Shown here: positions 35,322-47,811 of the stretch, piece after piece
How the letters are laid out: each line of letters opens with the position of its first letter
Numbering within the stretch: position 1 is the first letter of the stretch
DNA from: Macrostomum lignano
Taxonomy: Eukaryota
Direction: 5' to 3'
Assembly (NCBI GenBank): GCA_002269645.1
Contig: NIVC01003382.1
Coordinates: forward strand, 1-64,000
Length of the DNA stretch: 64,000 nucleotides
Program-made: the position numbers and the translations under genes
The notes under the pieces: generated by a model
Seen by the model: only the letters and a program-made list of their open reading frames with translations
Databases searched by the model: none
Told to the model about the DNA's origin: nothing

Positions 35322-36904
35322 GGGGCTCCTGAGTTGCTTTTCCTCTGATGCTCACTGCAGCCTGGCCCATAGACTGATGTTGCAGTTTAAGGCTTGCCAA
35401 GACTGCCAAAAATACAAAAATACTGCCAAAAAAGACTGCCATAGATATTAAAGATCGAGGAAACCATGCTATATGGTTATTGCTACACGATGATAGTTTT
35501 CATAGCTATTTTTAAAATACACCTTAAAAATAGATCGAGAAGGACGCGAAAGACCGCTTAACTGGGAATCACGCATTAATGACTGATGTCGATTTTTCTT
35601 ATGTCTTTGGCCAAAACCCACAGAATTGGAAAGAGAGGGACGCGAGAGAGGGCGCTAATAGACATTCACCACTGCTTTATAGCTGCTTTACTGCTTTACT
35701 GCTTTCTTGATAGCCTAGCTTTCATGCCTGGAAGCATATCAGCAGCACCCACCGGCTTAGACAGGCGAGAGATAACGAATCAGAAGAAGCAAGAGAGCAG
35801 CGGCAAGCTGCTAACAGAGAGACAGATGTTGAAGCGACAACTGAACCATGTCGAAGAGGAAAAAAGGACGGCTATAGAAACGACTTACAGAAAAACAGAC
35901 TGACCTTGAAAAACTGCGAGAGGAATTCGACAACAGCCTTCTAAATTCAGTAGACCTGAGCGGCATGGACAGCAACAAAGACTTGAGCATAGCAGTGGCG
36001 AAGGAGAGGCGAGTCAGCACACAGAAGAAGCGGATGCGTCGGAGAAGCCAGTCAGGATTCGGAAAGTAATTAACATGAACTGCATAACACCCACCGATAT
36101 ATACTGCTATCTGTATTTGTTATGTCATTCAATTAAATAATTATTATTAAACCTAGAAGTAAACTCATTGATAGTTAAAATGCGCAGTCAAACTCTATCA
36201 GTAATAGAGTTTGTTCCGTTTGATAGTGATAGAGTCTATACTAAAAAACGGTATTAAATAAACATTCATAGCGTGCAATGTAGAAAATCCTATTTATCGT
36301 AACTTAAACTCCGTTGTCTGTATGTATTTACGTATGTAAAAGTATGTATTTACGTATGCCCTGCTACTTGCAAATTCTAATACGAAATGCACATTCTACT
36401 TATCCCTAACAATGATTTACTGCTCTGCAAATTGTTTACACCTTTACCCTGCATCCTCTTCCATGCAATTCCAATTCCAAAAAGAGAGGAGAGAGAATTG
36501 ATTAATTATGAGAGAAGAGAGAGGAGAGGAGAAGGAAAAGAGTAGAAAGAAGAGAAGAGTGATAAAAAAGTGGAGATGGATGAGAAGAGTGAGGAGAGGA
36601 GAGAAGTTTTAAAGGCCGCAAATCTAATTTAATACACATTTACTCCAATTTTTGTTTACCTCTATCCCCACTACTTACAAGTGTTTGTTTGAGTTTGACT
36701 TTAGATTTAAGAATGCATGCAAAAACAGTTCCAGGGATCGGAATACAGCAGGCTCAAAATCCGCGGGTTTCAACAGCTCGTGTGACACAAAATTGCACAT
36801 GGATTGTTAATAATTTGTGTTTCATCTACTAACAGTAAAAATATGAACATTTTGCTGTCTAAATTTGGGTTAGCGGCTCGATTTCCAGAATGAGTCAGTG
36901 GGCG

Positions 36905-36943
36905 AGAAAATTCGAGAAGCTTCCTCAGTGCCAGTCTATAAAA
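36905..36943 (+). promoter_or_regulatory. Four-unit heat-shock element plus TATA box
   Basis: aGAAaaTTCgaGAAgcTTCc at 36905-36924 and TATAAAA at 36937-36943. Additional TTCCAGAA (36882) and TGAGTCA (36890) upstream; about 125 nt before the sHSP ATG. Confidence 0.88.
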
Positions 36944-37065
36944 GCGAGACAGCTGGATCCGAGAGTGAGGCAGGATTGGAGCACACAAAGCAACCGCAAG
37001 CAAAGCAACCTCAAGCAAAGCGAATCAATCGCCAAACTCTATCATTTACAAGCGACACAGCAAGC

Positions 37066-37878
37066 ATGTCTCTGTGGATCGCACCGAGCAACGTGTACAC
37101 GCCGTTCTCGCACTCTCTGCCGCTCGTGGCAGCCATGAGCGAGCTGGACGACTGGCTGACGCCGGAGTATGACCCGCTGGTGCAGCTGCTGCGGCACAGA
37201 GGTCCGAGGCGACCGCGTCAGTGGAGCCGGACTGTGGACCTTCGCGGCTTCTCGCCGAAGGACGTGTCGGTGAAGCGGGAGGAGCGGAAGGTGCGGGTGG
37301 TGGCGCGGCTGGAGAACGGAGAGAACGTGACGGAGGTGAAGCGGACGGTGGAGCTGCCGGAGGAAGTGGACGCAGAGAAGCTGAACAGCGGCTTCACCCG
37401 GGACGGCATGCTGGTGCTGCAGGCGCCGTTCAAGGAGCAGCAGAAGCAGCAGCAGCTGAAGCAGCAGCAGCAGAAACCGCAGGGCGACTCCGTGTGGGAC
37501 GAGCTGCGCGGCCTGCTGCGAGGCGACCTGCAATCTGAGGGGTCCGGCCAGCTGGTGGAGGCGGACGATGGCAGCAAGCGGTTCAAGGCGGAGCTGTCGG
37601 TGCGCGAGTTCAAGCCGGACGAGATTCGCGTGCGACAGCAGGGCGACTGCGTGCTGGTGGAGGCGGAGCACAAGGAGGAGGCCGGCGGGCAGCGGGTCCA
37701 CAAGCGGCTGGAGCGAATCTACCAGCTGCCCGACGGCACCAAGCTGGACCAGGTGGTGAGCAAGCTCAGCCACGATGGCCGGCTGTGCATCGAGGCGCCG
37801 TTCGAGGCTCCGACAGCTCGGGAGCAGCCGCAGCTGAAGGACGTTCCCATGGAAACAGAGAAGGCTAATGAACAGTGA
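37066..37878 (+). CDS. Small heat-shock protein with two alpha-crystallin domains (flatworm p40/Tsp36 type), intronless, 270 aa
   Basis: Two ACD-like blocks (VDLRGFSPKDVSVK...FTRDGMLVLQAP and LSVREFKPDEIRVR...LSHDGRLCIEAP). The ORF-track extension to 36898 runs through the promoter and is unlikely to be coding. Confidence 0.92.
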   Translation: MSLWIAPSNVYTPFSHSLPLVAAMSELDDWLTPEYDPLVQLLRHRGPRRPRQWSRTVDLRGFSPKDVSVKREERKVRVVARLENGENVTEVKRTVELPEEVDAEKLNSGFTRDGMLVLQAPFKEQQKQQQLKQQQQKPQGDSVWDELRGLLRGDLQSEGSGQLVEADDGSKRFKAELSVREFKPDEIRVRQQGDCVLVEAEHKEEAGGQRVHKRLERIYQLPDGTKLDQVVSKLSHDGRLCIEAPFEAPTAREQPQLKDVPMETEKANEQ

Positions 37879-38880
37879 ACTCGCTGTGGGACATTGATAT
37901 ACTCCACTTTTACTAAGTCACTTTAAGCCTGGGACAGTCATTAATTCAGTGTGAACATGCATGCAACATGCATAGTGAAATTGTACATGCATTACTATTT
38001 GTAGAAATGTTTCATTAATTACGTACTCAATGGGTATTGTAGCAGTATCATCATCTGCATGTAATTAATTGTATATGTTGTACTTTTAAATATATGTCTG
38101 GATATTTAGTGCTTGAAATCTTTCGTACATGCAATAATCGCATATTCTCATTATGTGATGTGATGTAAAGTGGTTTTATCACGTTTGCTTGTGCTTTTTG
38201 TAAATTAATCAATGACTATGTATCGTACGCCAGTAATTATCACTGATGGCTAAACTATACACAAATATAATGTAAAGAGCATTTTTGCAGTCCATAGTTC
38301 AGACTAACGTATACATTTATTTAATTACATGTAGTCTAATTCGCTTATTTTGTAAAATATATTTAAAAGTTTTTGTGATCAAAATTGATAGGCATTTGGG
38401 CGAATCTAAGACCTAGTAACTCAAGTTTTGTAGTGATCAGTAAATTCTAAAATATGAAGTAATTTGCAAAAATTAAACGCACAACAATTCTCGACTTCAT
38501 GGAGAAACTACTTATTTTTTTAATCGCTAAGCAAAACTCAATGCTCAAGCATGGTTTAGCGTAGAAGTCGACTTGATGAATTTAAAACACAATGGAGGCA
38601 CACAACAAATGAAAAAATAGAACTTGTTGATCTTGTGACAGTCGAATTCAGAGGGCAGAAAATCTTGGTGAAAAAAGAAACTAAAATGAGCAAATAGCTT
38701 ATGCCAACTTGTCTGCTTCAAGCTCATTTTCGATATCTGCTAGCAGTTCTGCTTCCCGGTTGTGGTTCGAACTTCTGCGAGCTGCCGTGTGAGCGGGAGC
38801 GGCTCCGGACATTGCCTAAAATCATTTAATTGCTTTTCCGCGGTTTTTTTCGTACTGACTGGCTACTGTTAGTAGGGTAA

Positions 38881-39656
38881 CTAATACAGTGTATTAATCC
38901 CAGAAATGCTGGCACTGACCGCCTGATTCGCTCGCTGTCGCCGCAAGTCCGACTTGATCACGGCTGGAAGTTGAAAGCGAGTCATTTTTATGCTCTGATA
39001 TTGCTCACACTACCCATTTTGAGTGCTGCGAAGCCCAGAGCCATTGTTTCTTCTGTAAAGTGCTCAGAGCCACTACCCCAACCCCAGTGAGCACTCAGAT
39101 TAGCCACTACCCCAACCCCAGTGAGCACTCAGATCAGCCACTACCCCTACCCCAGTAAGCACTCAGATCAGCCGCTCAACTCACCAGTCATAACAGAGCC
39201 GGCCACTAGCAAGCAGCAAAAAATGATATTGCCGGCCAACGTGCTGACCCGGTCCACCACCATGCGGACCACCATGGTGCAGATGATGCCCATTAGCTGA
39301 AAAAGAAACGCATTGCTCGACAGGCTTAACAGTAGGGAATGCAGAGCCGGAAGAGACAGGGATCGTATCAATAAACACTCCCTGAGCTCTCAAACCTGTG
39401 CGGAAGCGTTGAGAATTCCGGAGGACAGGCCCTCATTCTCCGGATAGGTGATCTCGGCGGCGAATTCAAAGCCTACGGGCAGGTAGCCGGTCATGAAGAG
39501 GCCCAGCAGGAACATGGCGGCGAACACCAGCCACATGCTCGCGAGGGGCAGGGTGGCGGCGAACCCCACCGTGCTCAGGCAGGAGAGGACGTAGATGGCC
39601 AGGGTAGTGCACCTGCGGCGGGAAGGCTGCCACTGCTGCTACTTGCGCGGGATTGG

Positions 39657-39693
<37 letters not shown>

Positions 39694-39696
39694 GGC

Positions 39697-39745
<49 letters not shown>

Positions 39746-39748
39746 GGC

Positions 39749-39789
<41 letters not shown>

Positions 39790-39870
39790 GGCAGACAGAC
39801 AGGCAGCAGACAGACAGACAGACAGACAGGCAGACAGACAGACAGACAGACAGGCAGACAGACAGGCAGC

Positions 39871-39907
<37 letters not shown>

Positions 39908-39925
39908 GGCAGACAGACAGGCAGC

Positions 39926-39978
<53 letters not shown>

Positions 39979-40000
39979 GGCAGACAGACAGACAGGCAGC

Positions 40001-40037
<37 letters not shown>

Positions 40038-43000
40038 CATAGACAGGCAAATACTATGGCAGAATAGCATACTTGAAAGCCTTAGTCTTGCCGAGCACAA
40101 TGCCAGCCAGCACGGATCCGAGAATTCCGGCAGCAATCATAGTAAATCCGGCCCAGCCTACTTGCTGCTCGATGTCAGTAGTCAGTGTAGCATTTACATC
40201 AGCTTTCTGAAATGTATGTCAACAAGAAATCAACGGAATGCAGATCCAGTGTGGCCGATTACGCTATCAAGAAAATGTCTTCGGTGACGCGTTGGCCTGC
40301 TCACCCGCATCTCTGGCACAATAATCGGATTGAGCAGAGTTGACAAGGCATAGTAGGTGCCGGTGTTGAGACCTGCGCGTTTGTTTGAAGAAAAATAATA
40401 ATCGGCAGTACGGATGCGTCAGCCACACTCGGTTCGGAAGGGATTATTAATCATATATTTCTACATGCATGCATCTGCTTCCCATTTCATGCCAGGCTGG
40501 AAAAGTCTGGAAAATCCATTAACTCTATTATTCTGCACCTTTCCTGGCCGTTGGATCAAACAGTAAAAAGTAAAAGTCCCTGGGGAACTTTTCTGCTAGT
40601 TTCAATTTCGTGTTGTATTTCATCAACTCGGATGGAAGTGGAGAAGACCAAAGCATACAAAATTAGCTGAAAAGGCATTTGTTGTTTCTCACGGTGTTCG
40701 ACTTAGTTGATTCAAATGGTGAAAATGTAAACTTCCTGTCTAGAGAGAGTTTCAGATTGCAACTCTGCCGCATAGCCATGTCACTATTCCTTCCTGTCTG
40801 TCCTCAGCATTACTGCCTGTCTGCAGCCTTCCTGTCCTCAGCATTACTGTCTGTCTGCAGCCTTCCTGTCCTCAGCATTACTGTCTGTCTGCAGTCTTCC
40901 TGTCCTCAGCATTACTGTCTGTCTGCAGCCTTCCTGTCCTCAGCATTACTGTCTGTCTGCAGCCTTCCTGTCCTCAGCATTACTGTCTGTCTGCAGCCTT
41001 CCTGTCCTCAGCATTACTGTCTGTCTGCAGCCTTCCTGTCCTCAGCATTACTGTCTGTCTGCAGTCTTCCTGTCCTCAGCATTACTGTCTGTCTGCAGCC
41101 TTCCTGTCCTCAGCATTACTGTCTGTCTGCAGCCTTCCTGTCCTCAGCATTACTGTCTGTCTGCAGCCTTCCTGTCCTCAACAGTCCTGTCTGTCTGCAG
41201 CCTTCCTGTCCTCAGCATTACTGTCTGTCTGCAGCCTTCCTGTCCTCAGCGTTACTGTCTGTCTGCAGCCTTCCTGTCCTCAACAGTCCTGTCTGTCTCC
41301 AGCCTTCCTGTCCTCAGCATTACTGTCTGTCTGCAGCCTTCCTGTCCTCAGCATTACTGTCTGTCTGCAGCCTTCCTGTCCTCAGCATTACTGTCTGTCT
41401 GCAGCCTTCCTGTCCTCAGCGTTACTGTCTGTCTGCAGCCTTCCTGTCCTCAACAGTCCTGTCTGTCTCCAGCCTTCCTGTCCTCAGCATTACTGTCTGT
41501 CTGCAGCCTTCCTGTCCTTAGCATTACTGTCTGTCTGCAGCCTTCCTGTCCTCAGCATTACTGTCTGTCTGCAGCCTTCCTGTCCTCAGCATTACTGTCC
41601 GTCTGCAGCCTTCCTGTCCTTAGCATTACTGTCCGTCTGCAGCCTTCCTGTCCTTAGCATTACTGTCTGTCTGCAGCCTTCCTGTCCTCAGCATTACTGT
41701 CTGTCTGCAGCCTTCCTGTCCTCAGCATTACTGTCTTCTGCAGCCTTCCTCTCCGTCAGCATTACTGTCTGTCTCCAGCCTTCATGTCCTCAGCATTACT
41801 GTCTGTCTGCAGCCTTCCTGTCCTCAGCATTACTGTCTGTCTGCAGCCTTCCTGTCCTCAGCGTTACTGTCTGTCTGCAGCCTTCCTGTCCTCAACAGTC
41901 CTGTCTGTCTCCAGCCTTCCTGTCCTCAGCATTACTGTCTGTCTGCAGCCTTCCTGTCCTCAGCATTACTGTCTTCTGCAGCCTTCCTCTCCGTCAGCAT
42001 TACTGTCTGTCTCCAGCCTTCATGTCCTCAGCATTACTGTCTGTCTGCAGCCTTCTTCTCCGTCAGCAGCCAGCAACTCACCATAGGAGACGGTCAGCAG
42101 CACGAATCCCGGATTCGACGCCAGACGCTTCAGCGACCCCGTGTAGGAGCTACCGACGCCGCCGCCGCCTCCGCCTCCGCCGCTGATGACCCCGCCGCCG
42201 CCGATCCGGGCGATGCTGGCAAGGCTGCCGAACGTCTGCGACGCCCGCACGGACGCTGGCGCCACCGGCGGCTGCTCGCCATTCAGCAGCACCGCTGCAT
42301 CCAACCGTCGGGCTATTGTCGGCGGAGTCGGCGGGCCCTCCTTGAACATGGCAACCACGAGGCCGAGCAGCAGGCCGGTGACCGCGGCGCCGCCGATGTA
42401 CATAGCCAGCAACTGGCCGCCCATGTCTTCGACGGTGCCGCGGGACACGAACAGCGGCGGCACAACAAAGCCGACTGCCACGCCCAGCTGGTTGCCGAAG
42501 ACGCCCAGCGCGGTGGCCGTTGGCAGCTCGTCGAGGCCGAACCAGGCGGCCGCCAGCGGGGCCGGCATGCCCAGGATGAAGTTCTGCGCGATGGCGCACA
42601 GAATCTGGGCGTGAGGGGGAGGGCATTTAGGGACGGGCATTAAGAAGCAAACTTTGAAATACACTGTCGAGATGGGCAGATGAAAGAAACTGCATTCAAT
42701 AACTTTACTAACCATTCTCGGGAAATCTTGGGTCAAATGGCAGATATCAATGACTGCTAGACCATTATCTGAGAGCGAAAAAGGCTGGATAGAAAATTCT
42801 GATCGCAGTCGTTTTCTACAATTCCAGCTCGTATTCTACAGCTCGTATTCTAGAGTTCCAGCTCGTATTCTAGAGTTTCAGCTCGTATTCTAGAGTTCCA
42901 TCTCGTATTCTAGAGTTCCAGCTCGTATTCTAGAGTTTCATCTCGTATTCTAGAGTTCCATCTCGTATTCTAGAGTTCCAGCTCGTATTCTAGAGTTTCA

Positions 43001-46000
43001 TCTCGTATTCTAGAGTTCCATCTCGTATTCTAGAGTTCCAGCTCGTATTCTAGAGTTCCAGCTCGTATTCTAGAGTTCCAGCTCGTATTCTAGAGTTCCA
43101 GCTCGTATTCTAGAGTTCCAGCTCGTATTCTAGAGTTCCAGCTCGTATTCTAGAGTTCCAGCTCGTATTCTAGAGTTCCAGCTCGTATTCTAGAGTTCCA
43201 GCTCGTATTCTAGAGTTTCAGCTCGTATTCTAGAGTTCCAGCTCGTATTCTAGAGTTCCATCTCGTATTCTAGAGTTCCAGCTCGTATTCTAGAGTTCCA
43301 GCTCGTATTCTAGAGTTCCATCTCGTATTCTAGAGTTCCAGCTCGTATTCTAGAGTTTCAGCTCGTATTCTAGAGTTTCAGCTCGTATTCTAGAGTTCCA
43401 TCTCGTATTCTAGAGTTCCAGCTCGTATTCTAGAGTTTCAGCTCGTATTCTAGAGTTTCAGCTCGTATTCTAGAGTTCCATCTCGTATTCTAGAGTTCCA
43501 GCTCGTATTCTAGAGTTCCAGCTCGTATTCTAGAGTTCCATCTCGTATTCTAGAGTTCCAGCTCGTATTCTAGAGTTCCATCTCGTATTCTAGAGTTCCA
43601 GCTCGTATTCTAGAGTTCCATCTCGTATTCTAGAGTTCCATCTCGTATTCTAGAGTTCCAGCTCGTATTCTAGAGTTCCAGCTCGTATTCTAGAGTTCCA
43701 GCTCGTATTCTAGAGTTCCAGCTCGTATTCTAGAGTTCCATCTCGTATTCTAGAGTTCCAGCTCGTATTCTAGAGTTTCAGCTCGTATTCTAGAGTTTCA
43801 GCTCGTATTCTAGAGTTCCAGCTCGTATTCTAGAGTTCCAGCTCGTATTCTAGAGTTTCAGCTCGTATTCTAGAGTTCCAGCTCGTATTCTAGAGTTCCA
43901 TCTCGTATTCTAGAGTTCCAGCTCGTATTCTAGAGTTCCAGCTCGTATTCTAGAGTTCCATCTCGTATTCTAGAGTTCCAGCTCGTATTCTAGAGTTTCA
44001 GCTCGTATTCTAGAGTTTCAGCTCGTATTCTAGAGTTCCATCTCGTATTCTAGAGTTCCATCTCGTATTCTAGAGTTCCATCTCGTATTCTAGAGTTCCA
44101 GCTATATACTTACCTGCCTCGTGTCATGCAAAATCATTAATCTTTTGTTGAGATTCGGGAAAAGTACAATGTCCAGTTTTACTTCAGCGGTCCTTTTTAC
44201 AACTTTTTAAAACGAGGCCAAATCAATTAAGAACTACTGATGTTCTACGAGCTAAAATTCATATTTCCGAGCACAAGATCGATGGCCTTGAAAAATTTCG
44301 TCAAGATAACTTCCTGTATTGCATGCACCACACGGTGCAACATTAGCAGCGACCAGGCACCGTAAAAGGCAGGCCTAGTGTTCTATAAATAGATCACCGA
44401 TGTAAAGGAAAAGGCGCACCCACAGATGCAGATTGGAAACATGAAAAGGACTCAATGCCCGCCTGCACAACCGGTCAGACTTTTTCCACTAAAGAAAAGT
44501 ATGATTGTGTAGAAATTCAGACAGAAAGCAAAGAACAGCTCATCAAAGACTCCATCAGTGCTCTCACCTGATGCAAGAACAACTCAACACAAAGACTCCA
44601 TCCAGTGCTCTCACCTGATGCAAGAACAGCTCAACACAAAGACTCCATCCAGTGCTCTCACCTGATGCAAGAACAGCTCAACACAAAGACTCCATCCAGT
44701 GCTCTCACCTGATGCAAGAACAACTCAACACAAAGACTCCATCAGTGCTCTCACCTGATGCAAGAACAACTCAACACAAAGACTCCATCAGTGCTCTCAC
44801 CTGATGCAAGAACAACTCAACACAAAGACTCCATCAGTGCTCTCACCTGATGCAAGAACAACTCAACACAAAGACTCCATCAGTGCTCTCACCTGATGCA
44901 AGAACAACTCAACACAAAGACTCCATCAGTGCTCTCACCTGATGCAAGAACAACTCAACACAAAGACTCCATCAGTGCTCTCACCTGATGCAAGAACAAC
45001 TCAACACAAAGACTCCATCCAGTGCTCTCACCTGATGCAAGAACAACTCAACACAAAGACTCCATCAGTGCTCTCACCTGATGCAAGAACAACTCAACAC
45101 AAAGACTCCATCAGTGCTCTCACCTGATGCAAGAACAACTCAACACAAAAACTCCATCAGTGATCTCACCTGGCTCAAGAACAACCCAACAAAGACTCCA
45201 TCTGTGCTCTCACCTGGCTCAAGAACAACCCAACAAAGACTCCATCTGTGCTCTCACCTGGCTCAAGAACAACCCAACAAAGACTCCATCAGTGCTCTCA
45301 CCTGATGCAAGAACAACTCAACACAAAAACTCCATCAGTGATCTCACCTGGCTCAAGAACAACCCAACAAAGACTCCATCTGTGCTCTCACCTGGCTCAA
45401 GAACGACCCAACAAAGACTCCATCAGTGCTCTCACCTGATGCAAGAACAACTCAACACAAAAACTCCATCAGTGATCTCACCTGGCTCAAGAACAACCCA
45501 ACAAAGACTCCATCAGTGCTCTCACCTGGCTCAAGAACAACCCAACAAAGACTCCATCAGTGCTCTCACCTGATGCAAGAACAACTCAACACAAAGACTC
45601 CATCAGTGATCTCACCTGGCTCAAGAACAACCCAACAAAGACTCCATCAGTGCTCTCACCTGGCTCAAGAACAACGCAACAAAGACTCCATCAGTGCTCT
45701 CACCTGGCTCAAGAACAACCCAACAAAGACTCCATCAGTGATCTCACCTGGCTCAAGAACAACGCAACAAAGACTCCATCAGTGCTCTCACCTGGCTCAA
45801 GAACAACCCAACAAAGACTCCATCAGTGCTCTCACCTGGCTCAAGAACAACCCAACAAAGACTCCATCAGTGCTCTCACCTGGCTCAAGAACAACCCAAC
45901 AAAGACTCCATCAGTGCTCTCACCTGGCTCAAGAACAACCCAACAAAGACTCCATCAGTGCTCTCACCTGGCTCAAGAACAACCCAACAAAGACTCCATC

Positions 46001-46697
46001 AGTGCTCTCACCTGGCTCAAGAACAACCCAACAAAGACTCCATCAGTGCTCTCACCTGGCTCAAGAACAAGCAACAAAGAATCCATCAGTGCTCTCACCT
46101 GGCTCAAGAACAACCCAACAAAGACTCCATCAGTGCTCTCACCTGGCCCAAGAACAGCAGCCAGAAGCGGTCTGGCGCGGCAGCGAAGCACTTGACGAGA
46201 GCGCCAGCAAAGTTGAGCGAGGTCGCGCAGATCGCCGACACTCGCAGCCCGAATCGCTGCAGCAGCCAGGCGGCCGGCAGGATGAAGACCACATAGGCGA
46301 GCATGTAGATCATGGACAGCCAGTCGATGGCCAGATTGGCCTCAGTGGAATCGGCCGGCAGAGATTCGTTATAATAAGACAGCACAACGTCAAACACGAT
46401 GTTGAGGTGAATCCACTGGTAGGCGCTGGACATTGAGTAGCTGCTGAACAGCAGCAGCACCAGCCAGCGCCGACGGTACAGGTGCGCCGCCGCCGCGCCG
46501 CCTCCGTTCTGGCCGGACTTCCTGACTGCCGACGACGACGCCTCGTCAACGTTGTCGTCTTCATCATCGTCGTCGACAAGCAGATTGTCGCCGCTGCTGC
46601 CACCGTTAGCTAACGGAAGCAGTTGGCTTTCGTCCCGGCGGTGCGGCTCATTGCTGCTTCTGCTGCTGCTGTTGTTGGCTTCGTCTGTCGAACTCAT
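38881..46697 (-). CDS. FLVCR: FLVCR-family MFS transporter (choline/ethanolamine/heme), 7 exons: 46697-46143, 42604-42082, 40372-40305, 40206-40073, 39612-39396, 39296-39185, 38963-38881
   Basis: Motifs [62 protein letters not shown] and IKSDLRRQ. All six introns are GT-AG with matching phases (0, 1, 0, 2, 0, 1). Confidence 0.93.
39062..39172. repeat. ~35-bp repeat, 3 copies, in FLVCR intron 6
   Basis: AGCCACTACCCCAACCCCAGTGAGCACTCAGAT repeated. Confidence 0.85.
39657..40045. repeat. (AGAC)n compound microsatellite in FLVCR intron 4
   Basis: Direct inspection. Confidence 0.97.
40795..42060. repeat. 34-bp minisatellite (GTCTGTCTGCAGCCTTCCTGTCCTCAGCATTACT) in FLVCR intron 2
   Basis: About 37 copies. 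Confidence 0.96.
42830..44103. repeat. 20-bp minisatellite (GCTCGTATTCTAGAGTTCCA) in FLVCR intron 1
   Basis: About 63 copies, period 20. Confidence 0.97.
44545..46155. repeat. 44/46-bp minisatellite overlapping the FLVCR exon 1 donor site
   Basis: About 36 units. On the minus strand each contains CAG|GTGAGA; a 44-bp subtype lies near the exon and a 46/47-bp subtype distally. Confidence 0.96.
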
Positions 46698-47529
46698 CGT
46701 TGGCCGAGCGGTCACTGCACCGCATCAAGGCAAAGAAATTAACCTGCACCAAATCTTATGACAATAGTATACAGTTTGAAACGAGCGTACACTATAAATA
46801 TAATGCTTAGTATATTAGTACGAAGTAGCTATCCATCATTATCTTTGTTAAAGAGCGCGAGATGCAGAGAACAGTTTAAAAAAGTTATACAATAGGCCAT
46901 TGTACTAGAAGCATTTCACTCAACGCCTATAGAAGAAGAGAAGTATTCGAATAGCATATACCTGATGGGTGATGGTGATGATGAGGTGCTATAGTTAAAA
47001 CAACAAAGCAACGGTCTGTGTACAATAGAAAGAGCACACATACACAAAACAGGCAGTACACAGAGGCTTACAGTGCAGCAGGCCGCGCTCAAGACCGGAA
47101 ATAACTGGAGGAGAATTGCTAGATATGCATGCCAAGCTGGAAAGTGCGCCAGTATTTAAATAGAGATGAAGAATGGGGGAGGAGGTTGGACCAGCATCGC
47201 CCCCAATAGCGGCAGAGAGAAGTGGAGACAGATAAATAGAGGGCGAGGGCAGCGGCAATGTACTCGGGAGTCTTCAGCCTTCCCCACCAGTTCTTCCAGA
47301 GCAGCATTTGCGTATACTATAAGCTGCTCACTATAGCGCTGCCTCCCCACCCTGGCATCCAGGCCTCTCCGCAGGGGACGCTGCGAATACTGCAGTAGAT
47401 TAAAATAATGCAGTGATAGAAAAGCAATTAATGACTGGCCTGAACTTTATAAATAAATTCTTACTGATAATATTTTCGGTTGAGTTTCTTTCAGTTCGTA
47501 GGAATTTAGAAAATCGAGAAAAATAGACC

Positions 47530-47743
47530 AATCAAAATATTCGCAGAAGGGCTGTGGTGCACCCTGGTGCCCATTCCACTGACGGACACATTTTTGCGTC
47601 AATTCTGTACGCTTACATACACACGCTCACACGGTGATCAGCGGCGGACAACCCCCCCCCGCAGATTTTGCACACAAGCCCAAATGGTCACACACGGAAT
47701 CAAACCAAGAGTCTGACGCGTTTACCACTGAGCTGCTCAGCCC
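47530..47743 (-). mobile_element. Degenerate tRNA-derived SINE remnant
   Basis: Minus-strand AGCTCAGTGG (A box) and GGTTTGATTCC (B box) with abnormally short spacing. Confidence 0.4.
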
Positions 47744-47811
47744 TCAAACTTTGCATAACTGGCGCAGTCATTTTTCGTGAAGATTTCCTTCATTCATGAC
47801 ATTCGTGAAAA

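Larger units (their letters stand above)
35663..38533 (+). repeat. Arm B of the inverted duplication (no LINE insertion, intact sHSP)
   Basis: Inverted match to 27245-33115; contains a single copy of the TSD sequence at about 35748-35758. Confidence 0.92.

Noticed and set aside
36898-37065. 56-aa N-terminal extension of the sHSP in the ORF track
   Set aside because: It starts upstream of the HSE and TATA box; ATG 37066 fits the promoter.
39466-46436. ORFs such as (CLSV)n, (TDRQ)n, PQHYCLS and KTPSVLSP repeats
   Set aside because: They lie inside FLVCR introns defined by phase-consistent GT-AG junctions.
47156-47400. Short GC-richer stretch with open frames
   Set aside because: No recognisable motif or convincing splice pair.
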